Shown one piece after another: positions 27,970 to 38,091 of a stretch of 64,000 bases of DNA. The notes beneath the pieces are model-generated. The model ran no database searches. It worked only from the letters and a program-made list of their open reading frames with translations, and was not told the origin of the DNA. The DNA comes from Candidatus Poribacteria bacterium (GTDB taxonomy: Bacteria > Poribacteria > WGA-4E > JAJDTR01): positions 3,456,001 to 3,520,000 of the forward strand of contig CBDCTK010000002.1 in the NCBI GenBank assembly GCA_965222225.1, read 5' to 3'. The first letter of the stretch is position 1. Each line of letters begins with the position of its first letter. The position numbers and the translations under genes are program-made.

Positions 27970-29232
27970 TTGCTAAGGGTAACAAATGCCCGCGTGAAAG
28001 AACTACGGCAGCATGAAAAGCGGAACTTTGCTGTTTTCGCTGTAAATCAGATACTGATGCGGATAGGTTGGGTTTTCAAGACTGAATCAGTAGTTGTACC
28101 GGGCTTCCTTGACACTTATTCCACCTCGGATGTCCTTCGAGGTTTCCTACCTGTCAGCCTGAGACTAGGGCAGAGTCTTCCCCAATTTCTTATCGCACAA
28201 TATGTGACGCAGATTCGGTACAAGCAACCGCTATTCACCATTTCCGCCTTTGGCATTATGGTGCCGTGGTTAGTTATAGCGTTGATATTGAGCGGTACCC
28301 AGTGGTCATCAAGCGTCGTCGTTTGCCTATTTCTCGCGCTGTACACGGTGCACTGGTTCATTTTTGGGTGTCACCTGCTAGCGACAGGTACGTTGCAAGG
28401 AAAGCTAATCCGCGCGGAAAGGCGGGGCTTGTTGCTCGCGTATGCCAATTCTGTCGGTGGTATTCTGGCGATAGGTGCAGCCGCTCTCTTGATGTATCAA
28501 TGGCTCGGCAGCGAAACTCCTCGTTATTCTGCCGTGTTTGGCGCGACAGCGGTATGTTTTGGCTTGGCGGCTATTGCCAGCCTGTATTTTCGCGAACCTC
28601 CCTCTCTGCCCCAACAGCCGCAACCCTTCTTCAAAATCCTCGGCGCAGGACTACTACTATTGCGGTCCGATCGCGATTTTCGAAAGTTTGCCCTAGTCAT
28701 TGTACTGTTTTTTTCAAGTTGGCCCCTTTTTCCGCACTACACTGTTTTCGGTAAGCGCGTGTTGGGATTGGAATCGAGTCACTTCGTCACTTGGATTATC
28801 GTTCAGTACTCCGCGGCTGCGTTGGGCTCTTGGGTAATCGGCGCTATCGCAGATCGCCGAGGTAATCGGATCGCCCTACGAATATTGGTACTTCTCAGTT
28901 CGTGTACCCCCTTGGTCGCCGTTGGCATCAGTCGAGTACCCTTCGGTACCAACCTGTATTGGCTCATATACGCCTTTTTAGGGCTGACACCAGTCATTCA
29001 CCGTATCATCGGAAACTACACATTGGAGATTTCGCCCGAAGAGAAGCAACCACAATATTTGGGGGTGGTGAGTCTCCTAGAGTCTTGTCCACTCTTAGTT
29101 TCGCCACTCGTTGGTTTATTGATCTCGAAGGTCTCGTTTGAGCCGGTGTTCTTGGGAGGTAGCGTTCTTATCGTTGCTGCCGGCATCTTGACGTTCGGGC
29201 TAGTTGAACCCCGTTTTAACGGAGCGCGATGA
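27970..29232 (+). CDS. MFS transporter
   Basis: About 12 hydrophobic segments; GAIADRRGNR motif A. Confidence 0.85.
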   Translation: MLRVTNARVKELRQHEKRNFAVFAVNQILMRIGWVFKTESVVVPGFLDTYSTSDVLRGFLPVSLRLGQSLPQFLIAQYVTQIRYKQPLFTISAFGIMVPWLVIALILSGTQWSSSVVVCLFLALYTVHWFIFGCHLLATGTLQGKLIRAERRGLLLAYANSVGGILAIGAAALLMYQWLGSETPRYSAVFGATAVCFGLAAIASLYFREPPSLPQQPQPFFKILGAGLLLLRSDRDFRKFALVIVLFFSSWPLFPHYTVFGKRVLGLESSHFVTWIIVQYSAAALGSWVIGAIADRRGNRIALRILVLLSSCTPLVAVGISRVPFGTNLYWLIYAFLGLTPVIHRIIGNYTLEISPEEKQPQYLGVVSLLESCPLLVSPLVGLLISKVSFEPVFLGGSVLIVAAGILTFGLVEPRFNGAR

Positions 29233-29368
29233 TTAGTGCTACTACCTCTTTTGAAAAGATACGCCGGTGCGAGACAGGACGCGGACCTAAAGAATCACGT
29301 TTGTATCTCTCGGGGTTGAAAAGACTGGACAACAACGAATTTAGTCTTTCGCCAATTCGTTTGTCTTG

Positions 29369-30295
29369 TTACCCTTCTTCAAATCCCAACATTTTGACCT
29401 CTATCCCGAGATCTACGCCAGTCATTCGTTTAACCTGCTCTTGTACGCGTCGAACAAGACTCAGTACGTCATCGGCGGTTGCGTTGTCGATGTTCAGAAT
29501 GAAATTGCCGTGAACCTTGGAGACCTCGGCGCCACCGATTCTGCACCCCTTCAAACCACACGCATCAATCAATCTCCCCGCGGAGTCATTGGGCGGATTC
29601 TTAAAAATGCACCCCGCATTCTCTTCCGCAAAAGGCTGAGTGGAAATCTTCTTGTTGTATAATTCATGCATCCGGTCGGTTATAATTCTCGCGTCGCCGG
29701 GGGTGAGGCGGAGCACCGCCCCCGTTACACTAAAGTAGTTTCCTAACCCACTGCGACGATAGGCAAACCGCGCTTCATCGTGGCTGAGTTCAATAACTTC
29801 CCCCTTGTTGGTCATCACCTGCACCCGCTCAACCACATCGCCGAAACTTCTCCCCCACGCGCCGGCATTCATAATCAACGCCCCACCGACCGATCCCGGG
29901 ATACCGAGCGCAAACTCAATCCCGCTCAGTCCCTGCCGTGCGGAGACTTTCGACAATCTCGGCAGCGAAACTCCTCCGCCTACCCAAACACGATTCCCGT
30001 CAAATTCCAACTGATCGAAATCCTTAACCAGTCGAAGTATAATACCTTTGTATCCGTTGTCGCTGACGAGTAGGTTCGAACCTCTTCCGATCGTCGCTAC
30101 AGGCAATTTCCAACGTTTTTTTAACTTTGCAACGGCGGCAAGCTCATGGGCGGTGCTCACCTCAAAATATGCTGTCGCCAATCCTCCAATACCGAAAAAA
30201 ACATGTTTCTCCATCGGTTCATTAAATCGTAGTCGCGACGTAGGCGCGTTCCTGTCGGTTTTGACTAATTCAGCAAGTTCTGTGTTCCATTCCAT
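29369..30295 (-). CDS. murB: UDP-N-acetylenolpyruvoylglucosamine reductase
   Basis: GRGSNLL, GIPGSVGGALIMNAGA, AYRRS, AGCIFKNP, SKVHGNFI. Confidence 0.95.
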   Translation of the reverse strand: MEWNTELAELVKTDRNAPTSRLRFNEPMEKHVFFGIGGLATAYFEVSTAHELAAVAKLKKRWKLPVATIGRGSNLLVSDNGYKGIILRLVKDFDQLEFDGNRVWVGGGVSLPRLSKVSARQGLSGIEFALGIPGSVGGALIMNAGAWGRSFGDVVERVQVMTNKGEVIELSHDEARFAYRRSGLGNYFSVTGAVLRLTPGDARIITDRMHELYNKKISTQPFAEENAGCIFKNPPNDSAGRLIDACGLKGCRIGGAEVSKVHGNFILNIDNATADDVLSLVRRVQEQVKRMTGVDLGIEVKMLGFEEG

Positions 30296-30338
30296 GTAAA
30301 TCTATCCAAGAACTATCGTAGTGCGACTCAAAACCGAA

Positions 30339-32864
30339 TTAACCTCTAATAACCAACGCTTGGCTCGTTGACCGTCCCTCGTCATCAACACACGTGAGTC
30401 TATGTTTACCAGCTACAGGTGCCAAGAAAACTTTCTCGGCTGGGTCGCCGCTAAAAATCAACTGGCCATCAAAAAACCAGAAAATCTGCTTTGTTCGATT
30501 CGACACGGACGCTTGGAGCGAAATCTTCTGATTTTCAAGCGGAATCCCGGAACGAATATGGTATTCACTATTTTCTGATGGAGAAATGACAATAGGACTG
30601 TGTCCGGCAACGAGACCGGTGCACGCGGAGAAATGTGCCGGCATCTCAGGAATAGCAAAACCGTTGCGTTTTAACCAAGTTCCTATCGCCACAGGCCACT
30701 CCTCGAAAACTGCATGACGATAAGTCCGGCCAACCCGACAGTGTGAACATAACGTCGTTCCCGTCCCCTCGTCGATATAAATCCCTTTGTGAATCGAGCA
30801 CTCGGTATTGGGGGAAACGCTCGGAATGTAGTAGTCAAACTTTGAAGTAGGGCAATGCGAGGACGGTAACAATCCACTCAACGAGCAGACTTCTCGAGTA
30901 TTCACGCGTCCGAGGCGCGTGAACCAACGATTGGTTGCGGGCGTGGTCAGTGCCGTGAATAAGGAGAAAAGAATTGGTCCTGCGACTTCAGACCCGACAA
31001 GCGAGGAAACACCTGCTCCATTGAAATTGCCGACCCAAACACCAATTGTGAATTCGGGGGTGTAGCCGATGCTCCATGCGTCTTTATGTCCGTAAGAAGT
31101 GCCAGTCTTCCATGCAATCTTTGGAAGATTTGTCGAAGCTTCATACGCCGCAGGCAAATCTGGACGGCGGACTTCGGTGAGCATTTCAGTTAAGATGTAA
31201 CAGGCTTCTCTACTCAAAAGCCGTTTTGCTTGCATGCGACTTTTTGGAATACTCGCGGGGATATCTACACCTTGAAATGTGGAATTAAGGGACATGAACG
31301 CGGGCAGTGCCACGCGCCCGGAATTCCCTTGTCCCGCCCTGTTTTTTGCTGGATTCATTATCAACCGATACTTCGCAAACTCTCCGGAGTTCGCCAATCC
31401 GGCGTAGAGTGTCGTTAATTCAAGCAGTGTCAATTCGCAGCCGCCGAGTATCAACGATAATCCATAATATCCTTTCGATTCCGACAACTTGGAAACCCCG
31501 GCATTTCGCAAGAATGAGTAGATACCGTCATTGCCAAGCTGTGCGTATAGGTTCACCGCTGGTACGTTGAGGGAGTGCGCCAATGCCTCACTTGCAGTCA
31601 CATACCCGCGATACTCTCCATCGTAATTTGCAGGTTTGTATCCTGAGTAATCGATCGGAACGTCGTTCAAGAGGCTCTCGGGGGTAATCAGCCCACGGTC
31701 AATCGCCAATCCGTAGATAAACGGTTTAAGTGTCGATCCGGGAGAGCGACGAGCATTGGTTCCGTCAACCTGTCCTTTGCCGGCTTGGTCGAAAAAACCA
31801 TAGGAGCCAACCAGTGCCAACACCTCGCGGCTCTTTGTGTCCATCACGATGATTGATCCCGTGGAGATACCTTCTCGCCGCAGTGGATGGAGGCACTCTC
31901 GCAGAATTCGCTCGCCGAGTTTCTGAATTCGGCCGTCAATCGTTGAATGGATGCGATTATCCCAAATACCGGCAGGACTAGCGCTCTCTCCGTGCGAGTG
32001 AAGCGAGTGTGAGGGAGCAGAAGACGCAAAAGCCGGTTCAGAATGGGAGCGCTTGAGCAGACGAGTGACATGCGGCGCACTGAACGGCATTGGGAAACGC
32101 GCTGTCGGAATCGGTTCACTAACTGCTTCCCGCAATTCTCCTTTGGAAATCTTGCCGAATGTCACCAAACGTCTCAGGACTTTCTCCCGGGCACGTACCG
32201 CGTTTGCATGGTGGAGGTCCGGGCGCAACAGTGTTGGTGAGTTGGGGATAGCAGCCAATAGGGCGGCTTCACCCAAACTTAGGCGATTTTGTGGTTTGTT
32301 AAAGTAAATGCGAGATGCAGCAGTCGATCCAACGATGTTGCCACCGTACGGAGCCATGTTGAAATAAAGCGTCAAGATTTCATCCTTGGAATAACGAATC
32401 TCAAGTTGGAGCGCGCGAAACGTCTCTATAGCTTTGTTGCGAATCGTTCGAGGTTTCGGCTCCATCATACGCGCGACCTGCATCGTAATGGTGGACCCAC
32501 CCCTGACGACCCTTCCTGCTTTAATGTTCGTGACCAGTGCCTGAGCAATTGAAAATGGGTTGATTCCAAAGTGGTAATAAAACCACCGGTCCTCATACGT
32601 TAGGACAGCTGTCCGCAGCTTCGGAGAAATCTCAGCCAAAGAAGGCTTGGGAATTCGCCACGAACCATCGGATGCAGTAAACACTCTAAGCCATTCGCCA
32701 TGTCGATCCAGCACTACAGTGGAAGACGGCGGATGTAATTTTTCCATTGGTAGCGGGAATACCCCGTTCGCTATAAGAAAAACCAACCCTGAGAGAGCGA
32801 TAGTGGCAACAAACAACATACAAAGAGAGCGTTTGAATCTCTTGAAATCGAACATGTTCCTCAT
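30339..32864 (-). CDS. pbpC: Penicillin-binding protein 1C
   Basis: EDRWF, GGSTITMQ, SPGSTLKPF, SLN, KTGTS, C-terminal beta domain. Confidence 0.93.
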   Translation of the reverse strand: MRNMFDFKRFKRSLCMLFVATIALSGLVFLIANGVFPLPMEKLHPPSSTVVLDRHGEWLRVFTASDGSWRIPKPSLAEISPKLRTAVLTYEDRWFYYHFGINPFSIAQALVTNIKAGRVVRGGSTITMQVARMMEPKPRTIRNKAIETFRALQLEIRYSKDEILTLYFNMAPYGGNIVGSTAASRIYFNKPQNRLSLGEAALLAAIPNSPTLLRPDLHHANAVRAREKVLRRLVTFGKISKGELREAVSEPIPTARFPMPFSAPHVTRLLKRSHSEPAFASSAPSHSLHSHGESASPAGIWDNRIHSTIDGRIQKLGERILRECLHPLRREGISTGSIIVMDTKSREVLALVGSYGFFDQAGKGQVDGTNARRSPGSTLKPFIYGLAIDRGLITPESLLNDVPIDYSGYKPANYDGEYRGYVTASEALAHSLNVPAVNLYAQLGNDGIYSFLRNAGVSKLSESKGYYGLSLILGGCELTLLELTTLYAGLANSGEFAKYRLIMNPAKNRAGQGNSGRVALPAFMSLNSTFQGVDIPASIPKSRMQAKRLLSREACYILTEMLTEVRRPDLPAAYEASTNLPKIAWKTGTSYGHKDAWSIGYTPEFTIGVWVGNFNGAGVSSLVGSEVAGPILFSLFTALTTPATNRWFTRLGRVNTREVCSLSGLLPSSHCPTSKFDYYIPSVSPNTECSIHKGIYIDEGTGTTLCSHCRVGRTYRHAVFEEWPVAIGTWLKRNGFAIPEMPAHFSACTGLVAGHSPIVISPSENSEYHIRSGIPLENQKISLQASVSNRTKQIFWFFDGQLIFSGDPAEKVFLAPVAGKHRLTCVDDEGRSTSQALVIRG

Positions 32865-32932
32865 CGTGGCTACCTGACCTTATTTCCTCGTCATATCGGA
32901 AATTTGGAATTCCCTCATACCAACGATATACG

Positions 32933-32957
32933 GTAGGAGCGATCTCCGAATCGCGAC
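32933..32957 (+). repeat. Intact GTAG-type REP
   Basis: Identical to 19408-19432. Confidence 0.85.
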
Positions 32958-33413
32958 ACTCCTTACTGCTGAAGTCGTGAGTCATTGATTATGCATGTGG
33001 TTAAATTTCAACACCCCCAAAACAGAACGAATAGAGGCGTTCAAAGTCACTCTCAGCTATAAATCTAGTTTGAACCCATTCATCAAAATAGTACGTGCGC
33101 AATTTCTCAAGCGAGCAAATGTCATGCCAGATTGTATCCATCTCCCGAAATTCGGGGAGGACTAACACGCTCCATTAACGTCGATATGGAAATCAATGCC
33201 GTCGAAATTCAGTATATCAGGAGGGTTCTTCAACCTCAAGTCAAAAGCGGTTTGCAGTGAATACGTTGTTCATTCCCAATTCTGCGATTATCAGAGAAAT
33301 GACTTCCATTCGTACCACGGAAGTGATATAATTCTATCTATTAGAGTAGGATTTTGGTGGAACAGTCGGATGTCTACGCAGCAAGACTCGGGAGGCGAGC
33401 AAAGGAAACAAAT

Positions 33414-34073
33414 ATGAACGGCAAGTCTACTGGGTTGTATCTAGTCGGAGGAATCGCGGGATTGCTGAGCGGTATTTTGATGATTGTCTCAGGCTATCTA
33501 GTGATGTTCCATTTAAAAGAAACCTTTATCGGATCCGCGGAGCAGCAGTTGGGATTTATCGCGCATCATCCACTTTCCGGGATTGTGCACGGATTAAGTG
33601 TTGTCAGTCTTATCCTAATCGTGCCCATGATAGTCGCACTGCTCGCCCTACTTGGCACAACGGCGCCCATACGCGGCTTTTTGGGAATCGGTTTCGCCGC
33701 CCTTTGGATTTTTGTCGAAATCGTTGGACACCTGTCCCAAACGGCGCCGCTGCGCGCCCTCGGTGAGTTGTACACTAATCCATCTACCAACGAGATGGCT
33801 TTGTCAATCTATCAAGTGTCCCAAGAGTTCTGGGAAGCACTTTCGATGACAGCAGCATCTTTCTGTGTTCTGATGTGTTTATGCTCCGGCTCCGCGTTGG
33901 TAGCAAAACCAACTCGCTCTTCGGGATACGCGCTTCTAATCGCAGCTATTGCCTTTCCGATAGGCCTGCTGTTTCCCAGCGTTGGGATTCAACTTCATGT
34001 CGCTGTACGTGGATTGGCATTCATCCTCCTCTCAGGCGCGCTGATTCAGATCTCCAGAATCAAAGAAGGATAG
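33414..34073 (+). CDS. Integral membrane protein (DUF4386-like)
   Basis: About 6 TM segments; AAGGA RBS. Confidence 0.7.
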   Translation: MNGKSTGLYLVGGIAGLLSGILMIVSGYLVMFHLKETFIGSAEQQLGFIAHHPLSGIVHGLSVVSLILIVPMIVALLALLGTTAPIRGFLGIGFAALWIFVEIVGHLSQTAPLRALGELYTNPSTNEMALSIYQVSQEFWEALSMTAASFCVLMCLCSGSALVAKPTRSSGYALLIAAIAFPIGLLFPSVGIQLHVAVRGLAFILLSGALIQISRIKEG

Positions 34074-34087
34074 ACCTCTCAGGCTGC

Positions 34088-34609
34088 TCAATAGTTCTTA
34101 TAACCGACCTCAGCGAGACGGGCTGCTTTTTTGGCAACTCCGTCACTCAACTCTGATTTATACGCTTGCAACTTTGATTGAAGTTCCGGAGTTTTCAGGC
34201 TAAGAATTTGGACGGCAAAGATGCCCGCATTTCGCGCGCCGCCAGATCCAATCGCCATCGTTGCCACAGGAACGCCCGGCGGCAGTTGCACGGTTGAATA
34301 AAGCGCATCTACTCCGTTGAGTGGCCCTCCATCAATTGGAACGCCAATTACCGGAAGCGTTGTATGCGCCGCTATCACTCCGGCAAGGTGAGCGGCTCGC
34401 CCGGCACCGGCAATGATTACGTGAATTCCTCTGTCTTTGGCAGTTTTGGCGTATTCCATCGTCAGTTCGGGAGAGCGATGTGCCGATGAAATAGTTATCT
34501 CAAATGGAATCTCGAATTGCTCCAAAATTTGCGCAGCCTCTGCCATTCGATCGAGGTCCGAGTCACTTCCCATCACAATGCTAACAAGCGGGGTTTCCTT
34601 TGAAGTCAT
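34088..34609 (-). CDS. purE: N5-carboxyaminoimidazole ribonucleotide mutase
   Basis: IVMGSDSD, SAHRSP, AGAGRAAHLAG, PVIGVP, VQLPPGVPVAT. Confidence 0.97.
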   Translation of the reverse strand: MTSKETPLVSIVMGSDSDLDRMAEAAQILEQFEIPFEITISSAHRSPELTMEYAKTAKDRGIHVIIAGAGRAAHLAGVIAAHTTLPVIGVPIDGGPLNGVDALYSTVQLPPGVPVATMAIGSGGARNAGIFAVQILSLKTPELQSKLQAYKSELSDGVAKKAARLAEVGYKNY

Positions 34610-34847
34610 GTGGTTATTGAGTCACCTCTGATTACAAGAGTTGGGATTAAACGATGTTCGGAAGCATCATGACTCATGGTGACATGATATACTGCAAACA
34701 TCGTCCTTTGAAAATACATATATAGCACGCGGCAACTACTATGTCAAGCATAACTCATGGCTAAACAACCTAACGGGAATGACGTCTGATATCTTTGCAA
34801 ATCTAAAGGACTGTCCGGTTTTCTTGACTTGAAAAGGGAAAAGAGCA

Positions 34848-35675
34848 ATGAGAGGAACATTAAGGGTTTTATTGGGACTATTGATTTGCGGTTTAGTGCT
34901 GTTATTAGTAATATACGGCTTATACAGCAGTGGTCTCCGAGCCCAGGATAAGGACCGTAATGAGCCGACTGTTCATCGAATTGAAACTAATTCAACAAAA
35001 CCGGCAACTGAAGGTCGGCGTGAAGGCATGGAAATCAACAATGAGTGGCCCTCTCCACGAAGCCAAATGAACGAACCGAGTGACGATTTCTATCAACCGA
35101 TTGTCGAAAACAATCTTTTTCGTCCTCTAGGTTGGAGAAAACCGAACCGCGAATCCGAATATACCTTGATCGGGACATTGATTGAATCAAATAATCAGCG
35201 TGCGAAAGCGTTTTTGATAGAACGGCGATCCAATCAATACTATCCTGTATCGGTTGGTGAAAAGGTCGGTGATGCAGTTGTGGAAAGCATCAAGCCAAAC
35301 GAGGTCAACCTAGGCAAAAATGGAAAAACCGTAACGCTTAGGGCAAATTCCAATCGATTTCTGGATACCTCCGCCGCGATATCCGACAAAGGCAGCGGCC
35401 GTTTCAATGAAGGCCCGCAGCATGCTACGCCCGAAAAGAAGGTGCAGGAGGGGAAGCCTGAGAATCGCGGCGATTGGGGTTTGGGTGAGGACAGAATGCG
35501 AAAAATAGCCGAGCGATTTCGCAATGCCTCACCTGAAGAGCGCGAACGCATGAGGGAAGAATTTCGTCGTCGTGGTCGGGAACAACGCGCCCGCGGACAA
35601 GGGGTGAGAAGAGAGGGCAGGGGAAGAGGTAGAGACACTGATGGAGATAGGGATGGCGGGCGCCGAGATCGCTAA
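34848..35675 (+). CDS. Membrane-anchored protein with a GspC/PilP-like HR domain and Arg/Gly-rich tail
   Basis: N-terminal TM; NNLF; TLIGTL...AFL...VGEKVG..VVESIK...V.L..NGKTVTL. Confidence 0.6.
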   Translation: MRGTLRVLLGLLICGLVLLLVIYGLYSSGLRAQDKDRNEPTVHRIETNSTKPATEGRREGMEINNEWPSPRSQMNEPSDDFYQPIVENNLFRPLGWRKPNRESEYTLIGTLIESNNQRAKAFLIERRSNQYYPVSVGEKVGDAVVESIKPNEVNLGKNGKTVTLRANSNRFLDTSAAISDKGSGRFNEGPQHATPEKKVQEGKPENRGDWGLGEDRMRKIAERFRNASPEERERMREEFRRRGREQRARGQGVRREGRGRGRDTDGDRDGGRRDR

Positions 35676-36030
35676 TCTCTTAAGTCTAGCGTCATTTCCG
35701 TTTGGGTTTAGTCGGATTCGGGCTTTGGTTAAGACGAAGAGAATGTCTCTGCAATTCCCGAGATGGTAAGTAGACCTCAAAGAGCGGTTGTCATCCCGAC
35801 GGTGAAAGGATGAGCATCAACGCCCTTACTCTTTTTATGTTCAATCCATCTGTATTATCTAACACATCAACTAAAGTACCCATCCTTCTTTAATCGGTTT
35901 GTTCTGCAGGCGGCCTGCCTCCATTGCAGTTCCAAAAACCTGAAGACACCACTAGAGGCGGCTTCAGGCTTTTGGCTAGGACTTAAACGTGGAATCGCGG
36001 ACAAACATCGCATCCAAGTCTGGGGCTCCT

Positions 36031-36786
36031 CTAATCCCAGGTAACTGCTCCCCCAGATCCTTTCAACACAAGGTTTTCCGGCTTGAGTAATACCTCCCCT
36101 TCTTTGACTATGGGCATACCGGTAGGATATAAGGCATAGGCAATTCGCCGAGGAAGATGGTTTCCCAAATCTGCCATCATCTCTTTCTCTGTCTTATAAC
36201 GAACCATGTTCCGATTCTCAACTTGGAAGGCGTGCCAATATTTGAGATAGTCCAGAATCTTGTCATCAAAGATGAGCTCCCCAGTTTTGGTGTCGACGAT
36301 TTTTATTCGAGTCTTTACGAGTGCGCTCTGGCGGGCCCGGTTGTAACTGGCAGCGCCTGAGATTCCGCCTTTACGGCCATGTTTCCTGAGCACCGCGTTA
36401 TAGTCCCGACGGCTAAATTTCGGATTCTCCATATTCCCCATGATGATTAAATCCACTTTCAACCCTTGCCCGACCTTCGCGGCTAATGCCGGATCTGTGA
36501 ATATATCGTTGAGCGTCAGCCCGAACTCCTTGAGTTTTGTCGCTACTGGTGCCACCTTCTCAGATTGGTCGTATACCCATTCAGTCTCCTTTAGAGCCAA
36601 TTCAAAACGGGTAGTGAGATTAATTGGCACCCATTTTCCGAGGACGCCGGACTCTTCTTCGCCAAGGAAAGGCGTGACGGCAACAGCAGTTGCTTGTTCT
36701 AATGGTGGCGGTGTGTTAAGACTTGCCCCGCAGCCAACAACTAAAACAAGAATAAACGGAACTAGGAAAAAACGAAGCAAACTCAT
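36031..36786 (-). CDS. Lipoprotein (possibly CsgG/TolB-N-like fold)
   Basis: Lipobox VVGC; AVAVTPF, VGQGLKVDLIIMG, IKIVDTKTGELI. Confidence 0.75.
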   Translation of the reverse strand: MSLLRFFLVPFILVLVVGCGASLNTPPPLEQATAVAVTPFLGEEESGVLGKWVPINLTTRFELALKETEWVYDQSEKVAPVATKLKEFGLTLNDIFTDPALAAKVGQGLKVDLIIMGNMENPKFSRRDYNAVLRKHGRKGGISGAASYNRARQSALVKTRIKIVDTKTGELIFDDKILDYLKYWHAFQVENRNMVRYKTEKEMMADLGNHLPRRIAYALYPTGMPIVKEGEVLLKPENLVLKGSGGAVTWD

Positions 36787-37076
36787 CTGAAACAGTCCTC
36801 CTTTTGTGATATGTTAGAAATGTGCAGCAAATTATTGTTTAAGAATGTCAATGGATTGGTTCGATATCCACCTCAAAATTCCCCTATTGTTAATAGGATA
36901 CCACAAAACCGTATTATGATGAAACACATTTTTGTCCCCCGCGGGGATTTTCAGTTCTCAACACGAGTTATCTAGTCATTGCGTCTTCAACATAGCTTGC
37001 TACCCCACTAGAAACCGAGAATAAATCGGTCAAGCCGAAAGGTCACACTCGCCGTCGCACGCCCTACGGAGTGCTG

Positions 37077-37628
37077 CTACTCAAGAACACGGAACAGCAT
37101 ATCAAATACCATCCGCACATCAACGCGATGCTTGAGTGTCGCATGACATTTTATTATTCGATGTTTTTCATCTTTGAGCGCTAGCCGAATCTTAACTTGA
37201 GGACTAGGAATCAATTCGTCTAGCATGAAAACTTCATAAAAATCCTGCCGCTTCTCCGGTGCAAGCATTACAGGCAGGCTGTTGCGCAGAAGACTGGGAA
37301 AAATAGCAGCTTGAGGCGCTGTGTACTGCTCGGCCGTCTGCCATCTTCGACCGATTTTCGCTTGGAATTGATACCCTTGAATGGTAATAGGAATCTGGTC
37401 GCTGTCATTGTATACTCGGCACGAAATCAGGAACAAGAGATATCCGCCACGCGTAATAAAACAGTTGGTTTGCCCTGTTATCAAATCCACTCGGCTTTGT
37501 GCTCTCCATTGTCGCCGTTGAGGAAACGTCGAGAGTGACTGGCTGCGCAAAAAGTCAAAAAGCCACTTGAATATGGCAAGCAGAATCGCTATAATGCTTA
37601 GGACGAGGGCAATTGTGGCACGGTCCAA
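37077..37628 (-). CDS. Hypothetical protein with an N-terminal TM helix
   Basis: AAGGAGG RBS before TTG; 183-aa ORF. Confidence 0.65.
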   Translation of the reverse strand: MDRATIALVLSIIAILLAIFKWLFDFLRSQSLSTFPQRRQWRAQSRVDLITGQTNCFITRGGYLLFLISCRVYNDSDQIPITIQGYQFQAKIGRRWQTAEQYTAPQAAIFPSLLRNSLPVMLAPEKRQDFYEVFMLDELIPSPQVKIRLALKDEKHRIIKCHATLKHRVDVRMVFDMLFRVLE

Positions 37629-37769
37629 TTCGATTTAACAACCTCCTTGGTAAAGGAGCAAATCAACAGACATTCTTCCAAGAAAACAATCCCGAGCCTC
37701 CATCGTAATAGTGGCAAAACCTATTCATTATCCACTTTTTTCTAGGACTAGCTACACCTCTTGACAACA

Positions 37770-37856
37770 CAATCGACCGAATAGGGAGCACGATAGAAAT
37801 CCCATAGTGACTGCGATAGAGTTCCCATAGAGATCCTAGGGCGATAGAAAATCCTT
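37770..37856 (+). repeat. 35-nt unit followed by three 5'-truncated copies
   Basis: 37770-37804 full unit; TAGTGACTGCGATAGAGTTCCCA; TAGAGATCCT; AGGGCGATAGAAAATCCTT. Confidence 0.8.
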
Positions 37857-38091
37857 TTCTCAATTGATGCCACATCAGAATTACAATTTCTATCTTTATT
37901 GAGTAGTATAGTAATTAAGAGTAATTCATGTCAATTAAATTTAGGACCGTTCCATAGGGCTGTCTCACGATTGTAGTGGACAATCATGGCTGTCCCGACT
38001 GAACGGCGCACAATTTTCAAAAACCAATGCCAATAAAACATTTTGCATAACTCATTTGCAGGTGTGTGGGAATAGACAACAGAGACATACG

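Noticed and set aside
33108-33120. CAAGCGAGCAAAT, identical to the 5' end of the unit at 6131-6165
   Set aside because: Only 13 nt and lacks the conserved CGATAG half; may be chance
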